Source: Clostridium sp.
GTDB taxonomy: Bacteria; Bacillota; Clostridia; Lachnospirales; Lachnospiraceae
Assembly: GCA_036634775.1 (NCBI GenBank)
Contig: JAVWRQ010000006.1
Span: forward strand, 1,252-65,251
Length of the DNA: 64,000 nucleotides
Direction: 5' to 3'
Position numbers and translations under genes: made by a program. Below the pieces are notes generated by a model. It was given only the letters and a program-made list of their open reading frames with translations, had not been told where the DNA came from and searched no databases. This document shows, in pieces, positions 47,639 to 59,167 of the stretch (position 1 is the stretch's first letter; each line of letters begins with the position of its first letter).

Positions 47639-47711
47639 TTTCTCTACATCCTTTTTAATCGTTCTTTTATTTAAACCATTATAGTATGGATGTTTTAGAA
47701 AAGCAAGTTTT

Positions 47712-48173
47712 TTATAAAAATAGGGGAGCCATAAATAATGTCAGCAAAACGCCCAGAATCGCTCCGGCCGCTACCTGTATCGGTGTATGTCCCACATATT
47801 CCTTTAATTTTTCCTGCAAAACGACACTATCCAATTTTAATAAATTCTCAAATAACAGACTGTTCAGTACTTTGGCCTGTTTTCCTGTCTCCTGTCTCAC
47901 CCCTATGGCATCGTACATAACAATCAATGCCAAGATAAAACTGACTGCAAATTCGAAGCTGCCCACTCCGTAATTCATACCGGACGCCGTCACCAGTGCA
48001 CATACCGTCGCCGAATGGGAACTGGGCATTCCGCCGGATCCAAACAGCCGTTCCGCATTAAAAGAGTGATTTAGCGCTACATCAATGATGGTCTTTAGAG
48101 CCTGTGCCACCATCCATGCAACTACTGAACTCATTAAAATCTGATTCTTTGTTAACTCTTGGAAAAATGTCAT
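47712..48173 (-). CDS. Divergent PAP2 family protein (DUF212)
   Basis: GGMPSSHSA, VMYDAIGVR, GHTPIQV. Confidence 0.9.
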   Translation of the reverse strand: MTFFQELTKNQILMSSVVAWMVAQALKTIIDVALNHSFNAERLFGSGGMPSSHSATVCALVTASGMNYGVGSFEFAVSFILALIVMYDAIGVRQETGKQAKVLNSLLFENLLKLDSVVLQEKLKEYVGHTPIQVAAGAILGVLLTLFMAPLFL

Positions 48174-48206
48174 GCTTATCTCCTGTATTTTTGCTTTTAT
48201 ATATCG

Positions 48207-48689
48207 TTATCGTCTGACTCGTGCCGGGTACAATGTATAGGTGCACCAGTCTCTCATTCTGACCGCCACCTCTAAAAAGCCACATAGCTTATCTGCATAG
48301 ACAAGTGCAAATCCCTCTTTGCTGCTGGGCGGAACCGGAGTGAGCGGCCACATATGGCGAAGAATCATGTTACGTTCCTTGGCTGTCACATCAAAATACC
48401 GAATGGCATTATTCATCGCTACCCTTGGATGAGTAAATCCATGAAAATGCTCTCCTGTCGCTTTGGCATGGGTATGCCAGTCATAGAGAAATAAATCGTG
48501 TAAAAGTGCAGCTCTGGAGGCCTCATAATAGTCCCATCCAAATTTCTTACAAAGCTTATAGCTCATATATGACACACGAATGCAGTGTTCCTTACAGGTA
48601 GTGTGTCCATGCTGATAGTAATCATCCATCTGCTGAAACACCGGATCATCTAAGATATCCTGCACACAGGTCAAATATTCTTCTTCCAT
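48207..48689 (-). CDS. HD-domain phosphohydrolase
   Basis: YYQHGHTTCKEHC, LLHDLFLYDW, ILRHMWP, ADK. ATG overlaps the glgA stop. Confidence 0.85.
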   Translation of the reverse strand: MEEEYLTCVQDILDDPVFQQMDDYYQHGHTTCKEHCIRVSYMSYKLCKKFGWDYYEASRAALLHDLFLYDWHTHAKATGEHFHGFTHPRVAMNNAIRYFDVTAKERNMILRHMWPLTPVPPSSKEGFALVYADKLCGFLEVAVRMRDWCTYTLYPARVRR

Positions 48690-50134
48690 CAACGTCCCAC
48701 CAACCAATCGTATAATTCCTGATACTTGAGTGCGGAAGTATTCCATGAGAAATCTGCCGCCATCCCGCGATCAATAATCTTGTTCCATTCGCGTTTTTTA
48801 TTATGGTACACATATTCTGCATAACGGATACAATCCAGCATCTCATGTGCGTTATAGTTAGAGAATGAAAAACCGGTTCCACTTCCCTCGTATTCGTTAT
48901 AAGACCATACGGTATCTTCCAGGCCACCGGTCTCACGCACGATAGGAACGGTACCATAGCGAAGTGCCATCAACTGACTTAATCCGCACGGTTCAAAGAG
49001 CGACGGCATCAAAAATGCATCGCAGGATGCGTAGACCTTATGTGACATCTCTTCTGAGTAATAGATATTAGCCGACACGCGGTCATTATACTTCCAGTCA
49101 TAGTGACGGAACATATTCTCATACTTCGCATCGCCGGTGCCCAGAACTACGATTTGCACATCATCGCCACATAATTCATCCATCACACATTCAATCAAAT
49201 CAAACCCCTTTTGATCCGTAAGACGTGAAACAATACCAATCAAAAACTTCTTATCATCCTGAGCCAGCCCAAGTTCTGCTTGTAACGCTTTCTTATTCTT
49301 CCCTTTTTCCTTACGGAAGGTTCGGGCGTTATAGTTCTGAACAATCAACTGATCCGTCTCCGGATTAAACTCTTCATAATCAATACCATTCACAATTCCC
49401 CGCAGATTACTTGCACGGGCACGCATCAGGCCATCCAGACCCTCCCCGTAAAACGGTGTCTTAATTTCTTCTGCATAGGTACTGCTGACTGTCGTAATCG
49501 CATCGGCATAAACCAGTCCGCCCTTTAGCAGATTGCCGTCTTTATACGCCTCTAATTTATCCGGTGTGAAATAATAATCCGGCAGTCCCGAAAAACGCTT
49601 GATCGTCTTCACATCCCAGACGCCTTGAAACTTCAAGTTATGAACCGTCATAATGGATTTGATATCTTTGAAGAAATCCCCATCATGAAAACGATCCTTT
49701 AAATGAACCGGAACCAGTCCGGTCTGCCAATCGTGGCAATGTACGATATCCGGTTGAAAACCAATGATAGGCAATGCAGAAAGTGCTGCTTTTGAGAAAA
49801 AAGAAAATTTCTCCAAATCAAAATACCAGTCACCATATGGTTTTGGTCCGCTAAAATAGCTTTCATTATCAATAAAATAAAAGGTTATGCCATCCTGTAT
49901 GTACTCCATAATTCCTACATATCGGCTTTGACCCAGATAATCCATATAAAAATGATTGACATACTTCATGTCATTACGAAAAGATTCCTTGATGCAGAGA
50001 TACTTAGGAATCATCACACGAACATCAAAATATTCTTTATCAAAGCATTTTGGTAAAGAACCTACAACGTCAGCCAGTCCTCCCGTTTTGATAAACGGAA
50101 CTGCTTCGGATGCAATAAATAAAATCTTCTTCAT
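48689..50134 (-). CDS. glgA: Glycogen synthase
   Basis: KTGGLADV, HCHDWQT, PSLFEPCGLSQL, RETGGL. Confidence 0.96.
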   Translation of the reverse strand: MKKILFIASEAVPFIKTGGLADVVGSLPKCFDKEYFDVRVMIPKYLCIKESFRNDMKYVNHFYMDYLGQSRYVGIMEYIQDGITFYFIDNESYFSGPKPYGDWYFDLEKFSFFSKAALSALPIIGFQPDIVHCHDWQTGLVPVHLKDRFHDGDFFKDIKSIMTVHNLKFQGVWDVKTIKRFSGLPDYYFTPDKLEAYKDGNLLKGGLVYADAITTVSSTYAEEIKTPFYGEGLDGLMRARASNLRGIVNGIDYEEFNPETDQLIVQNYNARTFRKEKGKNKKALQAELGLAQDDKKFLIGIVSRLTDQKGFDLIECVMDELCGDDVQIVVLGTGDAKYENMFRHYDWKYNDRVSANIYYSEEMSHKVYASCDAFLMPSLFEPCGLSQLMALRYGTVPIVRETGGLEDTVWSYNEYEGSGTGFSFSNYNAHEMLDCIRYAEYVYHNKKREWNKIIDRGMAADFSWNTSALKYQELYDWLVGR

Positions 50135-50245
50135 ATACACTACCTCCAAACATCATTATATTGCAGGTCGACACCAATAAGACACTACTATTATTATACA
50201 ATATAATTTTCAAATTAGAAAGCAGTATCACATGATTTTAAGAAA

Positions 50246-51058
50246 TTAAAAAATTCTGCGGTAATCTAATCTGATTTTATCCGCAATCAGAGCAATAAAC
50301 TCGGAATTTGTAGGTTTTCCCTTACCTGTACTGACCGTATAACCAAACAGTTCATTGATTGTATCCATTTTCCCACGGCTCCATGCCACCTCAATCGCGT
50401 GCCGAATCGCCCGTTCCACGCGACTGGGTGTGGTCTGATGTCTTTTAGCAATAGATGGATATAGTATTTTAGTCACGGATGCCATCATCTCCTGATCTTC
50501 TACTGCCGTACTGATTGCATCCCGCAAGTATTGATATCCTTTTATATGAGCCGGGATACCGATTTCGTGGAGAATCTGTGTGACATCATTCTCCAAATTC
50601 TGGTCCATGTAGTCCGTCTTATCAACATACGGTTTTACTTTTTTCACTTCCTGTACCGGAGGCGTTGCCGTTTTATTGCGATACGCAACCAATCTCCTCA
50701 TCTTTTCCAGAACACTGTGTTTGGTAAACGGTTTCATGATGTAATAACTGGCACCCAGTTTAAAGGCATCTGCTGTCAAATTCTCACTATTGGCGGCTGA
50801 AACTATGACAAACGATGTATCTTCTTTAAAATCTGTGTTGTTTCTTATTTTTTCCATTACCGAAATACCATCCATTCCCGGCATGATGATATCCATTAAG
50901 ACAATATCCGGTTTTGTTTTTATAATCATATTGTATGCTTCATTTCCATTTTCTGCCGTCCCTATGACATGATAATCTTTTTCTGCCTCCAGTATTTCGC
51001 CAAGCATTTCCAAACTCTTCCTATTATCATCTGCAATCGCGATATTTAATTCTCCCAT
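50246..51058 (-). CDS. spo0A: Sporulation master regulator Spo0A
   Basis: Receiver domain plus [37 protein letters not shown]. Confidence 0.97.
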   Translation of the reverse strand: MGELNIAIADDNRKSLEMLGEILEAEKDYHVIGTAENGNEAYNMIIKTKPDIVLMDIIMPGMDGISVMEKIRNNTDFKEDTSFVIVSAANSENLTADAFKLGASYYIMKPFTKHSVLEKMRRLVAYRNKTATPPVQEVKKVKPYVDKTDYMDQNLENDVTQILHEIGIPAHIKGYQYLRDAISTAVEDQEMMASVTKILYPSIAKRHQTTPSRVERAIRHAIEVAWSRGKMDTINELFGYTVSTGKGKPTNSEFIALIADKIRLDYRRIF

Positions 51059-51182
51059 TTTCACTTTCCTCCTGAATTAATCTAATGTCAAACTTGATTA
51101 TAGGCTTCAGTCGGAATGACTTTCAATGGTATTTCACCGCAGTTATCGACATTATACAAAAAAATACAAAAAAACATTTTTT

Positions 51183-52460
51183 TCAATGTTCCAGCATATT
51201 TTCGATAAATATTCCATATCCCCTTGTCGGATCCTGAATAAATACATGCGTCACAGCACCGATCAATTGACCATCTTGTATAATGGGGCTTCCACTCATT
51301 CCTTGTACGATTCCTCCGGTCAGTTCCAGCAGGATTGGATCTGTCACTTTTATGACCATATCCTTGCTTTTTCTGGCGGTAGAGTAATCTACTTTCTGTA
51401 TCTCAATTTTATAATCTTTCATTTCACCCGATATATTGCTCCTGATATATGCCGGACCTTTCTTTACATTCTGGCGATAAGCAATAGGAATTGCCTGATT
51501 TCCCACACGGTTCCTGAGTTTTTCATTAACCGTACCAAAGATTCCTTCTTCTGTATTAGCATCGATGATTCCAAGCTTTGACTGCCCACCATAGTAGATA
51601 ACGCCTGACATAACACCCGGTTTTCCAAAGGTTCCTTTTTCGATTCCCAGAATCTCTGTATCATAAAGTTCTCCGCCGGATGTGTTGACCAGCATTCCGG
51701 TATCGCTGTCACTGATTCCATGCCCCAATGCGCCAAATTCACCGTTTACGCTCATATAGGTCATAGTTCCGATTCCCTGTGTATCATCCCGAATCCACAA
51801 CCCCAGCTTATAATCCCCCTCCGAAGTTTCGACCGGTGCCATACGAACTTCCATCGCCTGCCCATCCCGCCTGACGTCCAGCACCAGAGGTTCCGTTTTA
51901 GTCGTGTTGACGGCACGTATCATATCTTTTTTATCTACAGCCGGGATTCCGTTGATCATTTCAATATAATCTCCGGATTTTAAAATACCATCTGCCGGAT
52001 CAATCACCGCTCCATTCTTTGCCGTAATCTCGCCGGTTCCAATCACCATCAGTCCATCGGATTTCATATAAATTCCGATGGGAATTCCGCAGGGCACCGC
52101 ATATTTCGTATCGGATACATCCACTTCGATCTCTTTAAGACGAAACAGACCAAATAACTTCATGCTGAGAAGGTATGTTCCCTCATTTTTAGAATAGACC
52201 GAAAACGGTTGATTGAGCTGCAGGTTGATTTCATCTGAGGGAATATTAGAGCCATTATTCAGCACCACTTCCTTGCTTTCACTGATTAGCGATACTTTTA
52301 CCGGCAAGGCAAAATGAAATTTTTCCTCTTCATTCGCCACTAGATTCAAGCGATCCGGAACCGTTCTTTTTATATAGAAATAAGAAAATCCGACCATGAA
52401 TATCAGACTGACCCAGAATAAAAGAACAAGATATTTTTTGAGTTTTTCCTTTCTAGTCAC
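51183..52460 (-). CDS. spoIVB: SpoIVB peptidase
   Basis: GLWIRDDTQGIGT, GALGHGI, GGIVQGMSGSPI, AVTHV. Confidence 0.96.
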   Translation of the reverse strand: MTRKEKLKKYLVLLFWVSLIFMVGFSYFYIKRTVPDRLNLVANEEEKFHFALPVKVSLISESKEVVLNNGSNIPSDEINLQLNQPFSVYSKNEGTYLLSMKLFGLFRLKEIEVDVSDTKYAVPCGIPIGIYMKSDGLMVIGTGEITAKNGAVIDPADGILKSGDYIEMINGIPAVDKKDMIRAVNTTKTEPLVLDVRRDGQAMEVRMAPVETSEGDYKLGLWIRDDTQGIGTMTYMSVNGEFGALGHGISDSDTGMLVNTSGGELYDTEILGIEKGTFGKPGVMSGVIYYGGQSKLGIIDANTEEGIFGTVNEKLRNRVGNQAIPIAYRQNVKKGPAYIRSNISGEMKDYKIEIQKVDYSTARKSKDMVIKVTDPILLELTGGIVQGMSGSPIIQDGQLIGAVTHVFIQDPTRGYGIFIENMLEH

Positions 52461-52522
52461 TTTTCTTCCCCCTTATCACATTCTAACCATTTTTGTTCTC
52501 AGTTAGTATGTGACAATCAGAG

Positions 52523-52554
52523 AAAAAAAGTCTGAGTTTTTTTGCCCAGACTTT
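52523..52554 (-). terminator. Intrinsic terminator after recN
   Basis: Minus strand aaagtctg...cagacttt stem followed by a T run. Confidence 0.7.
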
Positions 52555-52586
52555 CATTATTTTTCAAATTATCTTTTAAATTATTT

Positions 52587-54248
52587 TTATGTTCTTTCCG
52601 CTAAGTCTTTCATCTCTGATGCGCTCTTTCTCACGGTCTCCGTAATCTTCGCGCCGCCCAGCAGTCTGGCCAATTCATCCACCATCTGTTCCCGATTGAG
52701 TTCGCGTATGGCCGTCGTTGTTCTGCCTCCCGATGCCGACTTACTGATTTCAAAATGGCAGTCTGCCATGGCTGCGATCTGAGGCAGATGAGTAATGCAG
52801 ATGACCTGATGGTTTCTAGCGATAACTCTCAGCTTTTCCGATACCATCTGTGCCGTTCTGCCACTGATTCCGGCATCGATCTCATCAAATATCAGAGTGG
52901 GGATATCATCGGTATCCGCCAACACGGTCTTGATTGCCAGCATGATACGAGACAGTTCACCGCCGGACGCTACGGTACCCAAAGCACGTACCGGCTCCCC
53001 CGGATTGGTAGAAATCATAAATTCAGCTTCATCGTATCCGTTTGCTGTATAATGGGACATCTTTTGGAATTCCATGGTAAATTTCACATCCAGGAAATTC
53101 AGGTCTTCCAGTCCTGCCCTTATCTTCTCTGCCAACTCTTTGGATGTCTTCTGACGCACGTCCGATAGTTTCGCCGACCATGTTTCCAGTTCTTCTTCTG
53201 CCTCTTTTAATTGTTTTTCTGTTCGGACGCGTAGGAGATCATAGTGTTCCAGTTCCTCTAACTTTGCTCTTTTTTCTTCCAGTTTGGCCAAAATAGCTTC
53301 TACGGTCCTGCCGTATTTATCTTCCAATCCATGAATCAGATCCAGTCGTGCCTCTACTTTTTTAAAAGTCTCTTCGTCAAATGACATGTCATCCATATAG
53401 GACGATATCTCGCGGGTAAGATCACTTAAAAGGGCATCCAGATCAAAGAGCTGATCTCGGATTCCACCCAGTGTTTCGTCATATTCTGCCACGCTTTCCA
53501 CCGATTTAAGAGCTCTTCCCACCGCATCGGATTCTCCCCCGGCTGCCTCATACGCCTCCGAAAGACTCTCTGCGATCTTCTTGCTATTATTAAAACGGCG
53601 ATACTGCATTTCCCATTTTTCTTCCTCATCCACCACCAATTCGGCGGCTTCGATTTCATCGATTTCAAAACGATAAAAATCAGCCTCTCTGGTTCTCTGA
53701 TCCCGATCGCTCTGAAATGATTCCATCTTATGTTTTAACTCTGTATACGCCTTAAATGATTCCGCTGTCTTATGTTTTAATTCTGTAATTTGGGATTTTC
53801 CGTATTCATCCAGGATTTCCAGATGCTTCGCAGGATAAAGCAGAGACTGATGCTCATGCTGACCGTGAATATCGATTAAAATACCGGTAATTTCCCGAAG
53901 TCTTTGTGAGGTCACCGTCTCATCATTAATCTTGCTGATACTTCTCGTAGGGGTTATCTTCTTTGAAATGATAATCATACCGTCCTCATCGGGGCAGATA
54001 TCCAGTTCCTTAAGTACTTCACATTTTTTCTCATCTGTCACCGAAAAGACCAGTTCCACATAAGCGTTGTCACAGCCCTGTCGAATTAGATTTTTTGATG
54101 ACTTTGCCCCTAAGGCTACATTGACCGATCCAATAATGACCGATTTACCGGCACCGGTTTCTCCGGTCAGAATATTAAGTCCCTCCTTAAATTCCACTTC
54201 AGCGGAATCAATCAGAGCTAAATTTTTAACGCGCAGATGAAATAGCAT
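52587..54248 (-). CDS. recN: DNA repair protein RecN
   Basis: TGETGAGKS, ASGGELSR, FDEIDAGISG, CITHLPQIA. Confidence 0.96.
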   Translation of the reverse strand: MLFHLRVKNLALIDSAEVEFKEGLNILTGETGAGKSVIIGSVNVALGAKSSKNLIRQGCDNAYVELVFSVTDEKKCEVLKELDICPDEDGMIIISKKITPTRSISKINDETVTSQRLREITGILIDIHGQHEHQSLLYPAKHLEILDEYGKSQITELKHKTAESFKAYTELKHKMESFQSDRDQRTREADFYRFEIDEIEAAELVVDEEEKWEMQYRRFNNSKKIAESLSEAYEAAGGESDAVGRALKSVESVAEYDETLGGIRDQLFDLDALLSDLTREISSYMDDMSFDEETFKKVEARLDLIHGLEDKYGRTVEAILAKLEEKRAKLEELEHYDLLRVRTEKQLKEAEEELETWSAKLSDVRQKTSKELAEKIRAGLEDLNFLDVKFTMEFQKMSHYTANGYDEAEFMISTNPGEPVRALGTVASGGELSRIMLAIKTVLADTDDIPTLIFDEIDAGISGRTAQMVSEKLRVIARNHQVICITHLPQIAAMADCHFEISKSASGGRTTTAIRELNREQMVDELARLLGGAKITETVRKSASEMKDLAERT

Positions 54249-54259
54249 TCTACCACCTC

Positions 54260-54709
54260 TTATCCTGCTACTAATTTTTTTATTTTGTCCATCAGTACAA
54301 TTGTATCATCTATGGTGCGGACTGCGCACATTACCGTATCATCTCCGGCTATACATCCCACAATTTCCGCAAAATGCATGGAGTCCAGTGCCGCTGCCAC
54401 TGCCATCGCCATACCGGAAACGGTCTTCACTACCAAGAGGTTCTGAGCCATATCCATGGACAGAAAACTGTCGTGCAGAATTCGGATATATTTGTCATTA
54501 AATGTGGTCTGTGGATGAAATACTGCGTATTTCTGCCGTCCGCTTTCCGTCTGTACCTTCGAAAGCTTTAATTCTCTTATGTCACGTGATACCGTGGCCT
54601 GAGTTACGTTATAACCTTCTTTATTCAGCTCTTCCGCCAGTTCTTCCTGTGTTTCGATATCTTGTTTTCCAATCAGTTCCACGATTTTGCTGTGACGTTC
54701 CACTTTCAT
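54260..54709 (-). CDS. argR: Arginine repressor
   Basis: TQATVSRDIREL, IAGDDT. Confidence 0.96.
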   Translation of the reverse strand: MKVERHSKIVELIGKQDIETQEELAEELNKEGYNVTQATVSRDIRELKLSKVQTESGRQKYAVFHPQTTFNDKYIRILHDSFLSMDMAQNLLVVKTVSGMAMAVAAALDSMHFAEIVGCIAGDDTVMCAVRTIDDTIVLMDKIKKLVAG

Positions 54710-54726
54710 CGGATCATCCCTCCTTC

Positions 54727-55578
54727 TTAAATCTGCCGCATCTTATTGCGTATGTTCTCCAGAAATGGCACCTGTTTTAATTGTACCAGTGTGGTCTGCA
54801 TCTCTGATTTCTCGATTTCAATGCGGTCACCCTTTTTCAGCCGCACCACCATATCTCCATCAAAGCTCAAGAATGATTCTAAGCCTCTCTGGCCGGTCAC
54901 TTCCAACATGATCCGGCTATCCGGGTCAACCACAATACTTCTGGAGTTCAGCGTATGCGGACAGATCGGGGTTAAAATAATCATATTGGATTCCGGTTCT
55001 GCTATGGGGCCACCTGCCGATAAATTATATGCGGTAGAACCGGTAGGCGTGGCGGCAATCATACCATCGGCGGAATATTCATTAAACAACTGTCCGCCCA
55101 GATACAGACGAAATTTCAATGTATAAAGTCCCGTCCGGGTCAGAACGATATCATTCAGCGCAATATCATCCGCTATGACGCTGCCGTTGGATATGACACG
55201 TCCTTTTAGCATCATCCGTTTTTCCAGACGATAGCGATCCGCCATCAGATCGTTTAACGCCGGGATAATATCTGCCTCACGACTTATTTGTGTCAGATAA
55301 CCCAGATTACCCATATTGACACCAAACATGGGGATATCACGCCCTGCCAGGTCTCTGGCTGCCTGAATTAACGTACCGTCGCCCCCCAGTGCGATGATAC
55401 ACTCCGTCTCCGGTGGCACCTTTTTACTATCTGTGTATTTGTATTCGAAGCTGCGGTCATTGATACGATTGCACTGCAGGCATTCGCAGCCCTGCTCGTG
55501 TAAGTATTCTCCGATCAGTTCAGCGCCCTTTTCCGCATTTTCCTTGTCTTTATTTACAACCATATAGAACTGTTTCAT
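54727..55578 (-). CDS. nadK: NAD(+) kinase
   Basis: LGGDGT, GNLGYL, LND, ATPTGSTAYNLSAGGP. Confidence 0.95.
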   Translation of the reverse strand: MKQFYMVVNKDKENAEKGAELIGEYLHEQGCECLQCNRINDRSFEYKYTDSKKVPPETECIIALGGDGTLIQAARDLAGRDIPMFGVNMGNLGYLTQISREADIIPALNDLMADRYRLEKRMMLKGRVISNGSVIADDIALNDIVLTRTGLYTLKFRLYLGGQLFNEYSADGMIAATPTGSTAYNLSAGGPIAEPESNMIILTPICPHTLNSRSIVVDPDSRIMLEVTGQRGLESFLSFDGDMVVRLKKGDRIEIEKSEMQTTLVQLKQVPFLENIRNKMRQI

Positions 55579-55590
55579 CCGGTTCTCCCA

Positions 55591-56400
55591 TCAAGTCGTC
55601 AACGTATTATGTGCCTCTTCCACAATATTCTCCGGGCTCACGGGAATCGCTTCAAAATGTTCCCCATCCCTATGATTCTGTAAGTATAAAAGGTATTCAA
55701 TATTACCTTCCGGTCCTTTGATCGGTGAAAAGTCCAAATTTAGTATCTCAAATCCGATTTCCACTGCAAAGTCAATTACTTTATGAATTACTTCTAAATG
55801 TGTGCTTTTTTCACGAACCACACCTTTTTTTCCTACTTTTTCCCGTCCTGCTTCAAACTGCGGTTTTACCAGGCAGACAATTTGCCCATCCTCCGTCAGA
55901 AGTTTCTTGACCGGTTCCAATACTTTGGTCAATGAAATAAACGATACATCAATTGAAGCAAATTTCACCTTGTCTGCGATATCTTCCGGTGTTACATAAC
56001 GGATATTTGTCTTCTCCATACAGATGACTTGTGGGTCGTTCCTCAGTTTCCACGCCAACTGACCATGACCCACATCCACTGCATAGACTTTGACTGCACC
56101 GTTCTGCAGCATACAATCTGTAAAACCACCGGTCGATGCACCCACATCCATGCATATCTTTTCGGATACTTCCACTCCAAATCGATCCATCGCCTTTTCC
56201 AATTTCAATCCGCCGCGGCTGACATATCGGAGGGTACTTCCCCTCACTTCCAGTTTGGCGGTCTCTTCAAATGTGGTTCCGGATTTATCTTCTTTCTGAC
56301 CATCGACATAGACGATTCCCGACATGATGATAGCTTTCGCCTTTTCTCTGGATTCCGCCAGACCGTTCTTTACAAGCAGTACATCTAAACGCTCTTTCAT
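55591..56400 (-). CDS. tlyA: TlyA family RNA methyltransferase
   Basis: RLDVLL (S4 domain), YVSRGGLKL, DVGASTGGFTD, KPQFEAG. Confidence 0.95.
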   Translation of the reverse strand: MKERLDVLLVKNGLAESREKAKAIIMSGIVYVDGQKEDKSGTTFEETAKLEVRGSTLRYVSRGGLKLEKAMDRFGVEVSEKICMDVGASTGGFTDCMLQNGAVKVYAVDVGHGQLAWKLRNDPQVICMEKTNIRYVTPEDIADKVKFASIDVSFISLTKVLEPVKKLLTEDGQIVCLVKPQFEAGREKVGKKGVVREKSTHLEVIHKVIDFAVEIGFEILNLDFSPIKGPEGNIEYLLYLQNHRDGEHFEAIPVSPENIVEEAHNTLTT

Positions 56401-58280
56401 TCGATTTTCTCCCCATCTAAAAGTTCTCGTTTCAGTTTTTCCAGAATCGAATCACTGTCAATTCCCAGATCGCTTCGCAGACGGGTAACATTGCCGTGTT
56501 CCACATAGGCATCCGGCAGTGCTATATTCACTACCTTTATACCCGGATAATGTTTTTGAACATAACCGGTAATCTCTTCTCCGTATCCGCCCCGCAAGAC
56601 ATTTTCTTCCAATGTGACGATATACCGATGATTTTTCGCCAACCGATCCACTACATCCGTATCCACCGGCTTAATAAAGCGACCGTTGACCAAAGTACAG
56701 GGATGTCCCATATCTTTTAATTTATTGCGTATATGTTCTGCCGTACTGACCATACTGCCCACTGCCAGCAGCGCAATGCGCTCTTCTTCATAGAGTATCT
56801 CACTCTTCTTATATTCAATTGGTGCCAAAAATTCTTTTAACCCCCGATAAGCCTGACCTCTGGGATAACGAATGGCCATAGGACCTTCATAGTCAATGCC
56901 AAAGATCAGCATCTCCTGAAACTCCCACAAATTCTTAGGTGCCATCACGCTCATATTGGGAATCGTAGATAAGAATGACAGATCAAAAATCCCCTGATGA
57001 GTCTCCCCATCGCTTCCCACCAGTCCGGCACGATCCACGCAGAACAGAACCGGCAGATTCTGAATGCAGACATCGTGAAGAATCTGATCATAAGCTCTCT
57101 GTAAAAAAGAGGAATAGACCACTACCACCGGTTTAAGTCCTGCTGCCGCCATCCCCGCTGCCGTGGTCACGCCATGTTCTTCTGCAATTCCCACATCAAA
57201 GAAGCGATCGGGGTACATCTTAGAAAAACGCTTTAATCCGGTGCCATCGGGCATCGCAGCCGTCAGTGCCACAAGACGGGGATTTATTTCCGCCATGCGG
57301 CATATCTCTTTGGCAAAGACATCAGTATAGCTGGGATACATCTTCTGGTTCAACGGTTTCCCCGTCTCTATATCAAACGGTTCCACACCATGAAAGGCAG
57401 ATGGATTCTTCTCTGCCGGTCGATATCCTTTTCCTTTTTTCGTCACTACATGAATCAACACTGCGTGATCCATCTTCTTTGCTTCTTTAAATATCTTAAC
57501 TAATCCCTTAACATCGTGTCCGTCTACCGGTCCCAAATAGGTGATTCCCATATTCTCGAACCACATGCCGGGGATTAAGAGTTGTTTAATGCTGTTTTTC
57601 GTTCGGAGCAACGTATCGACCAGGTCACTGCCAATCTTGGGGATTCTGGAAAGAGTGCCTGCTACACTTTTCTTTAACTCATTATAGCCCTGTCCGGCGC
57701 GAAGATTGCTCAGATAGCGGGACATACCACCCACATTTTCAGAAATGGACATATTGTTGTCATTTAACACAATGATAAAATTCTTTTTCATACGAGCCGC
57801 GTTATTAAGTGCCTCATAAGCCATACCGCCGGTCAGCGCACCATCGCCGATCACCGAAACGATCGAGTACGTTTCGCCCAGCACATCTCTGCCCATGGCC
57901 ATCCCCAGTCCTGCCGAAATAGAAGTAGAGCTATGCCCGGTATCAAAGGAATCAAAAGGACTCTCCTTGCGTTTTGGAAATCCACTTAATCCTCCATACT
58001 GACGAAGTCCATCAAAATTCTCTTTTCTGCCACTCAAGATCTTATGCGTATAAGATTGATGACCCACATCCCAGATAATCTTATCGGTAGGCAAATCAAA
58101 GGCCAGGTAGAGCGCAATGGTAAGCTCTACCACTCCCAGATTTGAAGCCAGATGGCCACCTGTATGACTGATCTTTTCAATGAGAAAGGTGCGAATTTCT
58201 TCCGTTAGTTCCTCAATTTGTATATCATTTAATTTTTTGACGTCTTCCGGTCCATTAATTTCTTCTAAAATCATGGTCAT
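56397..58280 (-). CDS. dxs: 1-deoxy-D-xylulose-5-phosphate synthase
   Basis: GGHLASNLG, WDVGHQ, GDGALTGG, FDVGIAEEH. Confidence 0.97.
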   Translation of the reverse strand: MTMILEEINGPEDVKKLNDIQIEELTEEIRTFLIEKISHTGGHLASNLGVVELTIALYLAFDLPTDKIIWDVGHQSYTHKILSGRKENFDGLRQYGGLSGFPKRKESPFDSFDTGHSSTSISAGLGMAMGRDVLGETYSIVSVIGDGALTGGMAYEALNNAARMKKNFIIVLNDNNMSISENVGGMSRYLSNLRAGQGYNELKKSVAGTLSRIPKIGSDLVDTLLRTKNSIKQLLIPGMWFENMGITYLGPVDGHDVKGLVKIFKEAKKMDHAVLIHVVTKKGKGYRPAEKNPSAFHGVEPFDIETGKPLNQKMYPSYTDVFAKEICRMAEINPRLVALTAAMPDGTGLKRFSKMYPDRFFDVGIAEEHGVTTAAGMAAAGLKPVVVVYSSFLQRAYDQILHDVCIQNLPVLFCVDRAGLVGSDGETHQGIFDLSFLSTIPNMSVMAPKNLWEFQEMLIFGIDYEGPMAIRYPRGQAYRGLKEFLAPIEYKKSEILYEEERIALLAVGSMVSTAEHIRNKLKDMGHPCTLVNGRFIKPVDTDVVDRLAKNHRYIVTLEENVLRGGYGEEITGYVQKHYPGIKVVNIALPDAYVEHGNVTRLRSDLGIDSDSILEKLKRELLDGEKIE

Positions 58281-58285
58281 GTCCC

Positions 58286-59167
58286 TTATTTTTCTCTGTT
58301 GATCAGCAGTTTTATTAACTCCTCCAGAAAATCATTCGTTCCGGGGAGTGAATATAAGATATCAATTGCCGCCTCCGACAGTTTTTCTACATCTGATTTT
58401 GCCCTATCGATCCCTTCTAGGCTCACATAGGTCGTTTTATTATTCTTTTCATCGCTTAAAACAGGTTTTCCAAGAACCGCAGAACTTCCGGTCACATCCA
58501 GTATATCATCCTGAATCTGAAAAGCCAAACCAATATTCGCTGCCATGCGTTCTACGGTTTTACATTCTTCTTTGGAAGCACCGCCCATCATAGCCCCGAT
58601 TACCATCGATGCCTCCAAAAGAGCACCTGTTTTTAATCGATAGATAAAATCTAATTTGTCTTTGGGAATCGGTTGATCCGTCAACTGCACATCCACCGTC
58701 TGTCCACCGATCATACCGTAAATTCCGGTCTTCTCTGCCAGAATGCGAATGCATTCGCCAACTTTTCCCGCATCGTTCGTCATAGCAAATGCCTTGGCAG
58801 CCGTCTCGATGGCATAGATCAGAAGGGCATCTCCTGCCAGAACTGCCATATCATACCCATATTCAGCCCATGTTGTTTTTTTTCCACGGCGGTATTCATC
58901 ATTATCCATACATGGAAGGTCATCATGAATCAGAGATGAGGTGTGAATCATCTCAATCGCTGCCATAAATGGCTCAATTTCGGTTCCGGTGCCTCCAAAC
59001 AGGCGGTAAGTTTCCCGCATCAGCAATGGACGCAGACGTTTACCGCCTGCCTTGACGCTGTAGTTCATCGCATTAAATATCGTCTTCTGATGTCCTTCTT
59101 CCGGTGGCAGATAGGAATAAATCACATCTTCCACTTCTTTTGTGTACTGCGCTAACTGCTCTTTCAT
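58286..59167 (-). CDS. ispA: Polyprenyl (geranyltranstransferase) synthase
   Basis: GGKRLRP, LIHDDLPCMDND.YRRG, FQIQDDILD. Confidence 0.93.
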   Translation of the reverse strand: MKEQLAQYTKEVEDVIYSYLPPEEGHQKTIFNAMNYSVKAGGKRLRPLLMRETYRLFGGTGTEIEPFMAAIEMIHTSSLIHDDLPCMDNDEYRRGKKTTWAEYGYDMAVLAGDALLIYAIETAAKAFAMTNDAGKVGECIRILAEKTGIYGMIGGQTVDVQLTDQPIPKDKLDFIYRLKTGALLEASMVIGAMMGGASKEECKTVERMAANIGLAFQIQDDILDVTGSSAVLGKPVLSDEKNNKTTYVSLEGIDRAKSDVEKLSEAAIDILYSLPGTNDFLEELIKLLINREK